Position numbers and translations under genes: made by a program
Source: Takakia lepidozioides
Taxonomy: Eukaryota; Plantae; Bryophyta
Assembly (NCBI GenBank): GCA_030704615.1
Contig: CM060731.1
Coordinates: 57,970,001-58,034,000 of the forward strand
Length of the DNA: 64,000 nucleotides
Direction: 5' to 3'
In this document: in pieces, positions 52,801 through 64,000 of the stretch
Layout: the number at the start of each line of letters is the position of its first letter
Numbering within the stretch: position 1 is the first letter of the stretch
The notes under the pieces: model-generated
The model's input: only the letters and a program-made list of their open reading frames with translations
Database searches by the model: none
Told to the model about the DNA's origin: nothing

Positions 52801-53968
52801 GCAAATGTCTACATTCTCATACTCCCCACGGAAGAGTACACAACCACGCTCACAGGCATGAATCATCGTGTACTGCAATCCCATCTTGGCAATCATGGTT
52901 TTTGCTTCATAGTGAGTTTTCGGCAATGAATTCTCTTTAGGCAAAAAACTCTTACGCAACAATCCCAGAAGCTCATCCACAAATGCATTGGTGCACTTGT
53001 GGGTAGTGCATGCGTTCAACAACGTCAAAGTTGCTTGCAGCCGGCTGATGGAGCACCCTTCAAAAAGTGGACATTGCGAGTATCGGAAGAGTTTATCATA
53101 CTCGGGATCAACGTGCAGGTGAGCATTCTCATCAAATTCATTGTCTCCGGAATCGTCGAGATCATCGTCATGATCGGCAAATGTGTGATCGGTTCCACCA
53201 TGAATGGGGTCCTCTCTGTTTGCATCTGCAAAGAGAAACGCTTCCTGCAATGCACGCTGCATTTCTACCTCCAATCCATCACTCTCATCTGCGTTCTCTA
53301 TGACATTGGGCTCCCGTTGTGCCGCAAGGCCTTCGTCTTCATCATCTGAATATTCACATCCCTGCATCCCAATAGTCATCTTGTGAGTGGACCAACAACG
53401 ATGTGACACTTGTTCATATTATGACATAGGAGGCACGGTGACGTTGCAGTGATGCAGTCATATTTACATATGTATCTTATGAATATACACCCAATCAAAA
53501 CACGACATTTGTAACCATTGAAGTCATAGTTGCAGTCACTTACTTAGTCATATATGACTACATGACTACACATGACCAATGAAAACACGACATGTGCATT
53601 AATTAAAGTGATAACGGAAGTGGCGTAGTCATAGTCATGTCTGTATCTTATGACTTCTTGACTACAATCACCCAACGAAATGTCGACATGTGGAGAAGAT
53701 GATCGTTGCATTCAAAATTCAAACTAAAGTGCTGAAGGGAAAGTGGCGATCTTACCGGAAGAGAACAACGTTGGAGAAGAGGATCCCTCCCGTGTATCAT
53801 GTAATGATTCCTCACTGTTTTCAACAACAGTACTTTTCCTCCATGACACTCATCGCAGTTGCATAGCATTTTTGTATGCCCATTCTTTGTGGCATAAGCT
53901 TCTTCCATTCGCCATAGATGGTCATCTATTCTACGCCTACGCATCCGTTCGCCATCTGCACTGTACAT
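49821..53968 (-). pseudogene. CACTA Tnp2/TnpD transposase, near full length, multi-exon, with a few lesions
   Basis: N-terminal CNCDEC..VRNH domain, IHACERGCVLF, HPADSKAW, LALDGVNPY, WSIHDYPAYG, MHCEKN, MKSHDYH, PPSFFDVMTHL, RWMYPMER, PEGSMAEGY, PFVFPGQVDQVFF. Confidence 0.95.
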
Positions 53969-54547
53969 GCTTTGAACGTCACCCCTTCCCTCTTTGCATG
54001 CTACGCACAGTGCATTGTCTCTAGTTTTGCACCAGCTGCCAATGTGCTATTTCTATATCTATAGTATACTATAAGTATCGTTTCTGAGTGTCCATGGTGA
54101 AGCGGAAGGTCTTCGAAGTGACAGTCCCTCTCACTGAGTACGAGAAGTTCCGAGAGCGCCGGATTGCTGCCATAAAGGAGGTGGAAGCAACGTTCAAGCA
54201 GTCGATAGATGGGTGAGTTTAGTTCCTGATTTTGGATACCCACCCACTAAACTTGCGATTCGCCTTATCCTCTAACCTTCCTACAACAATCATAAGCTTC
54301 ATAGCACAAATGGGGGCGAGTAGCTGCGACTTGTACAAACAGAGAGGTAAACAACATGCAGTGAGTGACGATTAGGTTTGAGGAGGGTGTGTCATTAGGC
54401 GGGAGATGTCCGCCGTCATTCGTGGGCAGCCATTACGTCCTGGTAGGGTGCGGCTGTGGTTCAGCGTAGGCTTAAGAGTATTAGGGTATGTATGCTTGCA
54501 TTTGTTTGTGATTGTTTGAGAGGGAGGTCATGGAGGTGTTTGTGCAG

Positions 54548-56596
54548 GCTTGCGGGAGCGAATCGCCCTCGCAAGCCACACGCTCCGAAGGAAAAAGCTA
54601 GGGATCAAGGTCCTGCAAGGCAAAGTGCCACACTGAAGACGATGAAGACTACGATTCTGCATGAGGGCTCTTCTGAGAACGATGAGGACGATACACTCCT
54701 CCCACGCCAGTGCGAGGCGAGTACGTCGTCGGCGGATGCCACGGCAAGCCGAGGAGAACATGCCCATGCTCATGTCGCAGGACAAAAACGCCCATCATCT
54801 ACACTACGAACACCTTCTCCGTCAGTGAGTTATAGTTCTTCACAATGACCATGATTCAAATTATGTATGTTTTTGGTAAAATCACGAAGAGATAGGGTAT
54901 GGTAAGATCATGAAGAGATAGGGTATGTCTGTCAAGACAGGGAAGTTGGACAATGCAGGGGTCAGCCAAAGCACAATCACAAATGATTTCCACTAGACAA
55001 GTTGAAGTGCCAAAGGCATGATGTCAAGCCAATGTAGACTTCAGGTGTGTTCAAATTCTTTGCCCCATGAAACCAACGTCCTGGTACTAAGCTACAATGG
55101 CTACTTATAGAGATACTTGGGTAACTTATGCACCCAGAATATCAGTAAAACTTGGAGGGATACTTCTCATGGACCCATCAGGTTTGTCCATTTGAATTCT
55201 TGCTATGGATTTCAGGAACACCCCATACCTAAGAAGGCTCAAAAATGTACTGGGAGGACATCATTGGGGCCAATCAAATTTGGGAGATTTACTGCCCAAG
55301 ATCATACTAAGTTTTGGGTAATCTTGTCTTTACAAATGATATGTGCTTCCAGTTTGTTATATTGAATTCAAGGATTTGCTGCTTGCTGCCTATATGTATG
55401 TGTAATCACCCACATTGTACTGGGGGAATTTCTTTTCAGGGCAAGCACAAGCGCACTGGATCCACGATCCCTGCTGCTAGCAATGCGCCCACAAGAACGC
55501 AGGAGGTGGCCCTAACTCTCCCATCGTTGTGGGTTTTGTGCCACTAGTACCCCACCTTATTATGGTATGCCTCAGTACCCACAGTCTGGCACTCAGTATG
55601 GTCAGGGTCAATATGGTGCTCCTCCATATGGGCAGTATGGCCAGTATCCTCCTCCACCATATTTGCCACCCCCTAATAGCTATGGGGGTGGCAGGCCACC
55701 AGAATATCCTCCTGCTTATGGACAGTATGGCCAGTATGGTCCTCGGCCTTCTGGCCAACAGCCATGGCCACCAGTCCCTACTTGGCAGGATCCTGCTTTG
55801 AATTCTCCTGAGCACACGGAGGTCTCTGAAGGAGGGGAGGGTGCCGTTTCAAAGAATGATAGAACCAATGCTTTAAGGAGGGCTAATAGCTCAGCCAAAA
55901 TTGAAGCTGCCAAGGTGAAGGAAGAGAGAATAGCTGCAGCTCTTCCTCCCACGGTGATTTTGACGAACCTCAAAGGAGCCCCGTATGGTCAGACCCGGAA
56001 TGTATGGCACGCTGCCCTTAAAGGACAGGCTTATCGCAAGCTAGATTGTTCCCTTGCCATCAACAACCAACCTGATGAAGTTGTATATGAAATCAGAGAT
56101 CACCTGGCTAAGCTATTTTCATATACGCCACACAAGTTAAATGACTTCCACCTAAAACAAACAATTGGCAGAATAATGAAGAGCCAGCGTTATGAAGCAC
56201 ACACTGCGTGGTTGGGTGGTAAGGGGAAACCCATTACTGTATCTGACGAGGTATGGAACAAGCTTGGTAGTTACTGGCAGACATAGGTGTTCCACAAAGT
56301 GTCAGGCAACATGAAGAAGGCAAATGGTGCAATTCTGAATCCTACCAAGACTGGCCGTGGTGGGAAGGCAATGGTGGAAGCACGCTTGGTAAGTGGCATC
56401 ATCACGACTCTGTATTTTGTTCCTCATTGAATTGCTATGTGTATATAGTCAGCCCTCACATTGCTTACTGACTTGTGGCATGGGTTTGTTTGTGGCATGG
56501 ATTAATTTGTAGGAAACACTATCAGGGTGCCCTCCTACATTATATGAAATTCAAGAGGGTTCAGTGTCACGGTTGTCAGTTGGGAGTGACAGGCGG
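54548..56596 (+). pseudogene. CACTA TnpA-like accessory gene exons (54548-54824, 55440-56388, 56513-56596)
   Basis: P/G/Q/Y-rich region, then VSDEVWNKLGSYWQT*..KVSGNMKKAN..TKTGRGG..LSGCPPTLYEI, resembling the plant En/Spm (Transposase_24-like) domain; one frameshift and one stop. Confidence 0.65.
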
Positions 56597-56751
56597 GTAA
56601 GTGTGTTTTCCACGTTTGCTAGAGTGGTTGCTGCATCATAGGTTGCTAGGGTTTTTTTCACGGCTTTTGGCCTGGGTTTTCTTTCCAATGGTTGTTCATG
56701 CTAGGTTTTTTGGTTTGATTCATACTTGGGCAAGTTTTCATGGATTGGCAG

Positions 56752-57795
56752 GAGGGAAGTCTCGCATATTCTACAATAGTTGGCAGGATGGATGGCTTGG
56801 ACAAACTGGTGGAATCACAAGGACGTGACATGGTAGAATTAAAATTACAGATGTAGAGTATGATTGAGTACCAGAAAGCCATTGTGACCAGATTGGGGAT
56901 TAATCTACCAGGCGCAGGACCAGTGACATCTACGATGGATACGTCTGCTGTGACAGTATCAAAATATTTGGAATCCCAATTTCAGACGGTAACTGGTGCT
57001 CACTCTAAGCCCTTATGTCTTTCTGTCACTGATGATCTTTTGAATTTGACCGAGCAGCAGCAGGATACAGGGAAGGCCAGCTGTGAGGTACATGTGGAAA
57101 TTCAGCCCTTGCCACGTACAAAGGCAGTAGCAGTCCAGGGGGCAATGGTGACAGAGCCGCTGGGCACACCGGATTCTGGTATGCAGGTATGTGGGAGTTT
57201 AAATGGGAGGAAGATGCAGACGGGGACAAAACAAAACAAGCAGGTTGCTTTAATTTCTCCTGCTCACATGTTGAAGCCAAATGTCAGTTTACTTCCTGGA
57301 CCAACGAGGAAGCATTTACTAATTCTGGACTTAAATGGTCTGTTATGTGAATCTTTTCATTCTGCTAATGGGCCTGCATCCCTTCCTAAAGGTTTTGTGG
57401 GGAAGATGTGTGGCAAGAAGATGGTAGTTTTGAGACCACGCTGTTATGACTTTTTGCAAAAGTGTTTTGAACACTTTGAGGTGGCGGTGTGGTCTTGTTG
57501 CCAAGCTCGCAACTTCTTCCCAATGGTGGACTATATTTTTGCAGCCCACACTAACCTGGTTTTCCAGTGGGATGCCCTTCACTGTGACGACGATCCAGTC
57601 CTCCCATGCCGTAAGGGGTCTAATTCAAAGCCATTATATTTCAAGAACTTGTCTACAGTGTGGGCAGACTGGCCAGAATGGACTTATGAGGACACTGTTC
57701 TTGTTGACGACACACCAAGAAAGGCGGCAAACAATCCTCCCTTCAGTGGGATTTTTCCAGAGCCATGGAAGGTGCAACCAGATTCAGCTATCTAA
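56752..57795 (+). CDS. Terminal exon with coiled coil and FCP1/NIF (HAD-superfamily) phosphatase-like domain; one in-frame TAG near 56854
   Basis: HLLILDLNGLL, VLRPRCYDFLQKCFEHFEVAVWS, FQWD..HC, KNLSTVW, TVLVDDTPRKAANNP. Confidence 0.8.
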
Positions 57796-59799
57796 CCAAT
57801 TTTAGTTGAACAATTTGTAATCACACGTCATATTGTGGTTTTTTAATAGCAAACATCGTAAACAAAATATGAATAACTCAAACTCAAGAACTTCTCCAAG
57901 GGGCATGGCATGAACATTTTACAATGTAGATTTGTGGGTGGTGCTCTTTATCAACTATCAATGTTTTATTTAACTTATAGCTTATAACTTGCTCTACAAT
58001 TGAGCTCTATTTAGTAGGCGATTGTCTTGAAATGAGACAATTGAACTTCAAGATTCTTTGAGACGGTACAACCATGTATTCTACAAATTCTAACTAAACC
58101 AAAAGTCGAATTTGAGTCATGAGTTGTTCGACAAGTTTAGAGATGCAAGACCCCCTCCCAAAAACTTTATAGAACAAAAAGAAAAATTGTACAACATTCA
58201 TATCATGAGGCTCAGAACAAAATAAAAAAAACTAGTTAATCAGATAACAAGGTTCGAGATATTAACCTATTTGTTAACTAGGTTTTGTACATAAGCCCAA
58301 CTAAGAGAGGGAGACAAACATTAATAAATGTGTCTGGCTGAGATTTACGCCTTAGGCCATGAGGAAAATATTCTGGGCACCGCACTAGAGAAGGGGGTTT
58401 GTTGAACTAGGTACAGAGCCAACAGAGTTTATGGCACTAAAAAAGCAGAAGGGCAGCCAAGACATTCTGGCCGATTATTACAACATGGCCAGTGCACATG
58501 CTCGAATAGCACTGGCCCACAAATCCTTTTGATCCTTGTAATCCTTTTGACGTCCAGCTCTTTAAGAAATTGTCGATGAAGCGCAGTGGTTATCATCATT
58601 TAGACCTACAACATTGACTTCATTTCATGTAGCTTGGTTCCCTAATGGATGAGGCGACCCATTTCGGGTCGCGTCAGGGTCACGTCAAAAATCATCCACG
58701 ATGGCAAATCGTTGGATGACCTTGGATGAAAAAACTTTCTGAACGAAAGTTGTGCACCTTGATGTCATGCACCTGCCCGTCTTTATGGCACCCTAAAATA
58801 ATGAAAGCCCTGCCGTCAGTAATTTTTTAAGTGTGCAAGGGTGCCCAAAATTGGTCGTCCAGCAGGTTTGACTTAGTAACGTGGTAGGCTGAAGGGGTGA
58901 CAACAAGGCAAAAGTTCAAATGGAAACAAATGCAAATCTCTGCCTGAATTTTTGTTATAATTCTGAATTTCTTTTTGGAGGTAGTAGTTCATCATTCAAG
59001 GAACACTTTCACCGCAACAATTGTGATTCCAAGGAAATTTCGACCCCCTAAGCCTGGAATACATGTTATTTGAGCTTCATGGTGTATTTTTAACCCCCCT
59101 GTTTTTCGATACAAAGCAACCTTATCAAGATTTTAGAATTCCGCTTTGAAATTTTGGGGCAACATGCTTTAGGTGCCACATAATTGGAATCTGGATGGGG
59201 TCTTGCGAGGAAAAAATATTTTGTCGATCCAATTGCCTGGTCAAACCATTTTTCCACTCTAAATTTGGAGTGTACCCCAAATTTTGGGCTTGCAAATTTC
59301 TTATAATCTTCCAAACCACACAGTGGAATGAGCTGAAATTTTCACAGAAGCTGGATGAAGTAGGTAGCATCCCATTCATACTGTTCATCCCTGTGGATGT
59401 TAGATTCCTGAGAGATATACCCTCATCCGTGGGGTATGTCCTGTTTTGGAGGGGGCCCACCAAAAACTGCCTCGTCCATTAGGGGTTAAGGAGGAAACGC
59501 TTTCTTTCATTCTTCTCCCGGTTGTTACAGATGAACATAACGGATCATTCATCAGATCGGTTCCCATTCATAGTTGGTCCATCGTTGCGCACTCTAACGA
59601 GTCCTCAGCGGAAACCGTTCTCACAGGCCAATGCCTTCTGAAGTCAGAAGCTGCATGAAGGCCTCCCTGTTCCTCTCCCTTTTATCTAATATGCCCTTCA
59701 AGAGATTACGAGGTCCGGCAGCTGGGTCCATGAGGAGCATCTGGGTGGGTGTAGGAATGTGTCTCAAGCAGAGAGATCTTAACTTATAATTCTTCAAAC

Positions 59800-62700
59800 A
59801 TGTCAAAAAGAGTGATGAGCATGCACAGGAGTGACAAGGACGTCAAAAGTGCGGCTTTGCGGGCCTTAGCAGATGTCAAAGACACAACTGCTGGCGGGAA
59901 AGACGAGGAGCAAGACGATCTTCCTACGAGCACTGCAGGGAGAGTTGATGAGCTGTATCTCGAGAAGGATGAGACTCAGGTCGCACATGAGATTGTCGTA
60001 CATGTGGGATTCACATCCTCTAGGGAAGAGAATTTTGGAAAGAAGATGGTGAGAAAGCTTGAACAGAAATTGCTAACGCTACAAACAATTGTCATGGGCC
60101 CTTTAAAGCCGGTTCCATTTATGAAATTGTTTTCCTTTGCTGATAGTGTTGACAGTTTGTTGATGTTCTTGGGCGCGTTCGGTGCATGCGTACACGGTGT
60201 GGCAGTGCCCCTTTTTTTCGTGCTTTTCGGCAGACTCATCGATGCCTTTGGGTCAAACTACAAGAACCCAGCACGCATGGCTCCAGACGTTGACAAGGTC
60301 AATTTCTCTCTGTTTGCCCTCTCTCTTCGTATGCCCCTTTCTCTACGTGTTTTTCTGTACTGACATTGCACGCTTACCAGGATTGGACCCTCATTGGACC
60401 CTCACGGGATTGGTCTCCTGTCAATTTTGGCTGCAGTGAAGCGTCCAGCCATTGCCTCCTCCTCAGAGGTTGATCGCATGAGCTTGACCTACAATCGCCC
60501 TTATGGAGAGGGAGAGAGAGACCGAGACACAGAGATCATGAGGAGTAGGTGGCACTAAAAACATGTTACAGTACAGTATTATCGCATTACTCACCACAAG
60601 TTCTTTAAGATCAAAAGACGTAACCTGTAGGTTCAGAGATGATTAAGGCATTGATGGTCAATGTGGGTATGGGGTGTCGCAGAACGCCTTGAATCTGTTC
60701 AATCTGGGCCTAATGGTCATGGGGGCATCCTGGTTAGGTATGTACGTTGTTTGTTTGCAATTCAGGTCTAGTTTCTTGTAGTATTGTGTTCCTTCCTAGT
60801 ACCTTGGTTGCAGGAAGCAATTTGACACCTAATTCATACATTAGATCAGCACGGCTAAGCTTAAAATGCTTGAATCCTTGGTTTTCGTGCAGAGGTGGCC
60901 TGTTGGAGGCAGACAGGTGAACGGCAGTGTGCACGCCTACGAGTGAAATACCTCGAGGCTGTCCTGAGCCAGGATGTGGGCTTCTTTGACACAGATACCA
61001 CTGCTCAGATTGTGAGATGTGTTACAAGTGATATCTTTGTGCTCCAGGATGCCATCAGCGCAAAGGTAAATTATAAAATTTTGGGTTCTAAATGCCGATG
61101 TAGTAGTTCCAGGGACACTTTCTCCGTTTGAGATCCAAGGTGATACTATTGTCTATTTCAGGACAACCAATCCCTCGTTGCTATGAGAACACAAAATGCT
61201 TGGCAGCATAATTACAGGAGTCTGAGCCACCTTAGAGAATCTCATGATGCTTTTAAAGATGGTTTTGGGCGCCTTGTTGAGGCCACATTCTTTTTCTTGA
61301 TTTCTCGAGTGGGAATATTTTCTAGCAATTATGAGGAGATTACGTACCTAGGAAGCTTTTCGTGTTTTCTGGCCAAGGATGGACGTCCGATATTCTCCGC
61401 AAAAATTGAGAGATATGGCGATATGTACATCTAGAAGCACTCCCCAGTCATAGTCTCACCGACTCAATTCTAGAAATGTTGAAGTTCCCATAGACATGCT
61501 CAATCTCTATGCAGTCCTGTACTCATTCATGAGTCAGGTTCTCTTGGGAAAACATACATGTGAAACCTCCCAAAGAGCTTGTAACTAGAACTAGTCAGAA
61601 ACAGCAGAGAAAATATAAAAAGGAACAGGAGACCAAAGGAAAATGGAAAGAATGCAACTTGAGAGAGAGAGAATGTACTCATAAGACGTTGTTTCCCGTA
61701 GCCTTGTGGCCATTGACCCCGCGCCCAGTTTGAGCGGAAAGAGAGAGAGAGAGAGATTGTACTCATAAGACGTTGTTTGCCGTAGCCTTGTGGCCATTGA
61801 CCCCGCGCCCAGTTTGAGCGGGAGAGAGAGAGAGAGAGAGAGAGCTGTAGAACTAGCTCTCGCACCTGCCAAGTCGAGGCTTTTGGCATCACTGAACAGG
61901 ACTTCCCATGAATCCTTGATTAAAAGCCTTGTGGAGGTACTCTTGACCTTCCAACCATTGGATGACGATCTCAAACTGTGAGCAAAGCAGGGGCTCTGAA
62001 TCAGAGAAGTGAACTGCATCTGTTTACTTGGACCTTCGGATGGGGTCAGGCTGACGTACGATTATATCCGTGCACCTTAGTTCCAAGGGGAAAACCCGGC
62101 TAACTTAGAAGCTATTCTATGTATTGGCGATGGAGCTGGGGCTCCTCGGACTGTGGGTTACATTGAATAAAGCTACTGATCAGGATCATGCACTTCAATA
62201 GAGTGAAGTTCCATGGCCCGTAACCAAGCGCAAGTTTGAGCACCAGATTGTACCATTTCATGGTTGTGGTCTGATTCCACTGATTACAGTCTCATCACGT
62301 AGCCGATGGATAGGGCCTGGACTGTTTTCAGTTTCTGAAACGTGATGAATGGACGTTTTCCCAGCTTATATACATCTTGTGTGACACCTGCTGATTGGAG
62401 TGTTAACGCTGTTGATATCTTCTTGATTGATTGAAGTGTAAATCTATCAGATCGTTAGGCAGGTTGGAGGCAAACTCTAATGGTGATAAGATTGTACTCA
62501 TAAGACGTTGACTAATGGTGATAAGAAAAGAAAGGAAAAGAGAATGCCCTCTTTGCAGCTGCGCATTGAATTGGTGTGAGTGGGGGACCTTGGCCATGTA
62601 GGCAGGGAACTGCATCCACTTTACGGCGAAGTGTTTTGCAGGCTTTGTGGTCAGGTTTTCGACAGTGTGGCAGCTCTCCCTCATCACAATTTCTGTGGTC

Positions 62701-64000
62701 CCAGCCATCATTGTGGCTGGGTTTGCTTATGCTTGTACCACGAGTGGCCATGCAACAAAGAGCCAGAAGGTCTACGAAGAGGCCAACAAAGTCGCCGAAG
62801 AGGTATTGGAGCCCCTGGACCTCTTGTGACATTGGAGGGTTTTTCTCCACTTCCCTTCCTGTATCTGCATAGCCCAGTGATTCGATCCTGTTGGGCAGGT
62901 TATGCTCCATGGGATTAATATGCTCTTCCCATACTTCTCTTTCGTTATCCCCTGGGCTCCTGCTGATCCGTAAATCATAATCCCACCATAATGTAGAAAG
63001 ACCTCTGAATCGGAGTACATTAGAAGCTTAGATTGATGGTAAATTGGCCTAAAGTTACACTTAAGCAGTCGACTCGTCTTGTAGACGAGGCATATAGCAA
63101 AAAAGGAGAGGTCTGTTACTTCATACTAAAGGCGCATATAGTTACTCCAACGAGACTCAAGAAACATGACCTCATAACTCTATGTAACAGATGCAAGGCT
63201 TAATTTACAGGACCACATCTGTGCTACTTAGCTGCCCATGCCATGAAAGCAGTTGCAGACTATGGATTCTTGCTTTCATTCTTTCCCTTTGTAAAGAGAA
63301 ATGGATATACAATGGCTCCCACCACTTATGCCTACCAATGTAGCATGTTGTATGAGTTTCCATACATAAAATGTCCATCTTTTGTTTGGATTAACATGAA
63401 CCCGTAGGTACTCACTCAAGTGCGAACAGTATATGCATTTGTTGGTGAAGGGAGAGCAGTACGGGCATATGCAAAGGCACTGCAGACTACATTGAAGCTT
63501 GGAAAGCAGGGGGGCCTGGCCAAAGGACTAGGCCTGGGGCTCACATATGGGCTATGTTTGGCAGCCTGGGCATTGCTACTATGGTACACAGGCATCTTAG
63601 TTCACCACGGTGCCACCAACGGAGGGAAAGCCTTTGCCGCCATTCTCAACGTTATTGTTGCTGGCATGTATGTAACATGGTGGATTATCTCTTTTTCGTC
63701 CACATATGGGCTGTTTGTTGGGGCCCAGGTGTTCTGTTCCTTTTGCTGTCCGTCCCAAAGGCTCTCTGAAAAAGTTTCTTTCTTTCTTTTTTCTTTTGTC
63801 CCATAAGCTCTTCATTGACGCTGTACAGTTCCGGACGTTTTAAAGTACCATTTCATTTCATTTCATTCATTTATTTCCTTTTCTATCTCATTCTGTTGCC
63901 GCATTTCATGATTTTGAGCAGTTTTCTTGTCCTGGAGCGTGAATGGTCACTGAGAGCACCTCTTCTTTCTGTCTCTGGAATGGAAATGTCTTACAAATAG
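59800..64000 (+). CDS. ABCB: ABC transporter subfamily B (P-glycoprotein/MDR), 5' part; exons 59800-60297, 60683-60737, 60893-61065, 62602-62802, 63408-63667; continues beyond the window
   Basis: VPFMKLFSFADSVD..GACVHG, 55-nt second exon, EVACWRQTGERQ, QDVGFFDT, WQLSLITISVVPAI, QVRTVYAFVGE, GLAKGLGLG; GT-AG introns in phase; start codon uncertain. Confidence 0.93.
61660..61845. repeat. Intronic ~80-bp tandem duplication bounded by (GA)n
   Basis: tgtactcataagacgttgttt(c/g)ccgtagccttgtggccattgaccccgcgcccagtttgagcgg occurs twice; partial copy near 62491. Confidence 0.9.

Larger units (their letters stand above)
47185..57800. mobile_element. CACTA transposon 2 (left TIR present, right end not found; end coordinate approximate)
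   Basis: CACTACAAGA at 47185 followed by (a)tgactac subterminal repeats; internal Tnp2 and TnpA-like genes. Confidence 0.85.

Noticed and set aside
36430-56860. Stop-codon readthrough or editing to explain in-frame stops in transposon genes
   Set aside because: Most stops fit ordinary C>T/G>A decay (CAG>TAG, CGA>TGA, TGG>TGA), and frameshifts co-occur
57800-59800. Right TIR of CACTA2 and remainder of LINE ORF1
   Set aside because: No TCTTGTAGTG plus ATG TSD found by eye; the boundary is unresolved

Overview
Eukaryotic land-plant nuclear DNA. A seed-free lineage such as a bryophyte, lycophyte or fern is inferred from the PLS-DYW PPR and the gag type. The left ~16 kb holds a lipase pseudogene, an intact 4-exon beta-expansin gene with two decayed tandem copies, and two MITEs. 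From ~16.2 to ~57.8 kb is a nested transposon stack built on one minus-strand L1-type LINE, whose ORF2 rejoins in frame after removing three insertions with target-site duplications (TSDs). These are: (1) a 20.8-kb CACTA element (18925-39689, TSD TTG); (2) a 726-bp solo LTR (TSD TTGGG); (3) a 5-kb TIR element (8-bp TSD GAGGAGGT) carrying PPR-DYW RNA-editing-factor sequence. A second CACTA starts at 47185, just upstream of ORF2. The first CACTA contains a truncated retroelement encoding gag, protease and a C5 cytosine DNA methyltransferase, with a 1.5-kb satellite in its leader, plus two passenger cassettes bounded by foldback hairpins. The second CACTA encodes a TnpA-like protein that can be spliced in phase to an FCP1/NIF-type HAD phosphatase domain. 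The window ends in the 5' part of an ABCB (P-glycoprotein) transporter gene. All transposon ORFs are disrupted, and domain calls come from motif recognition by eye, not database searches.
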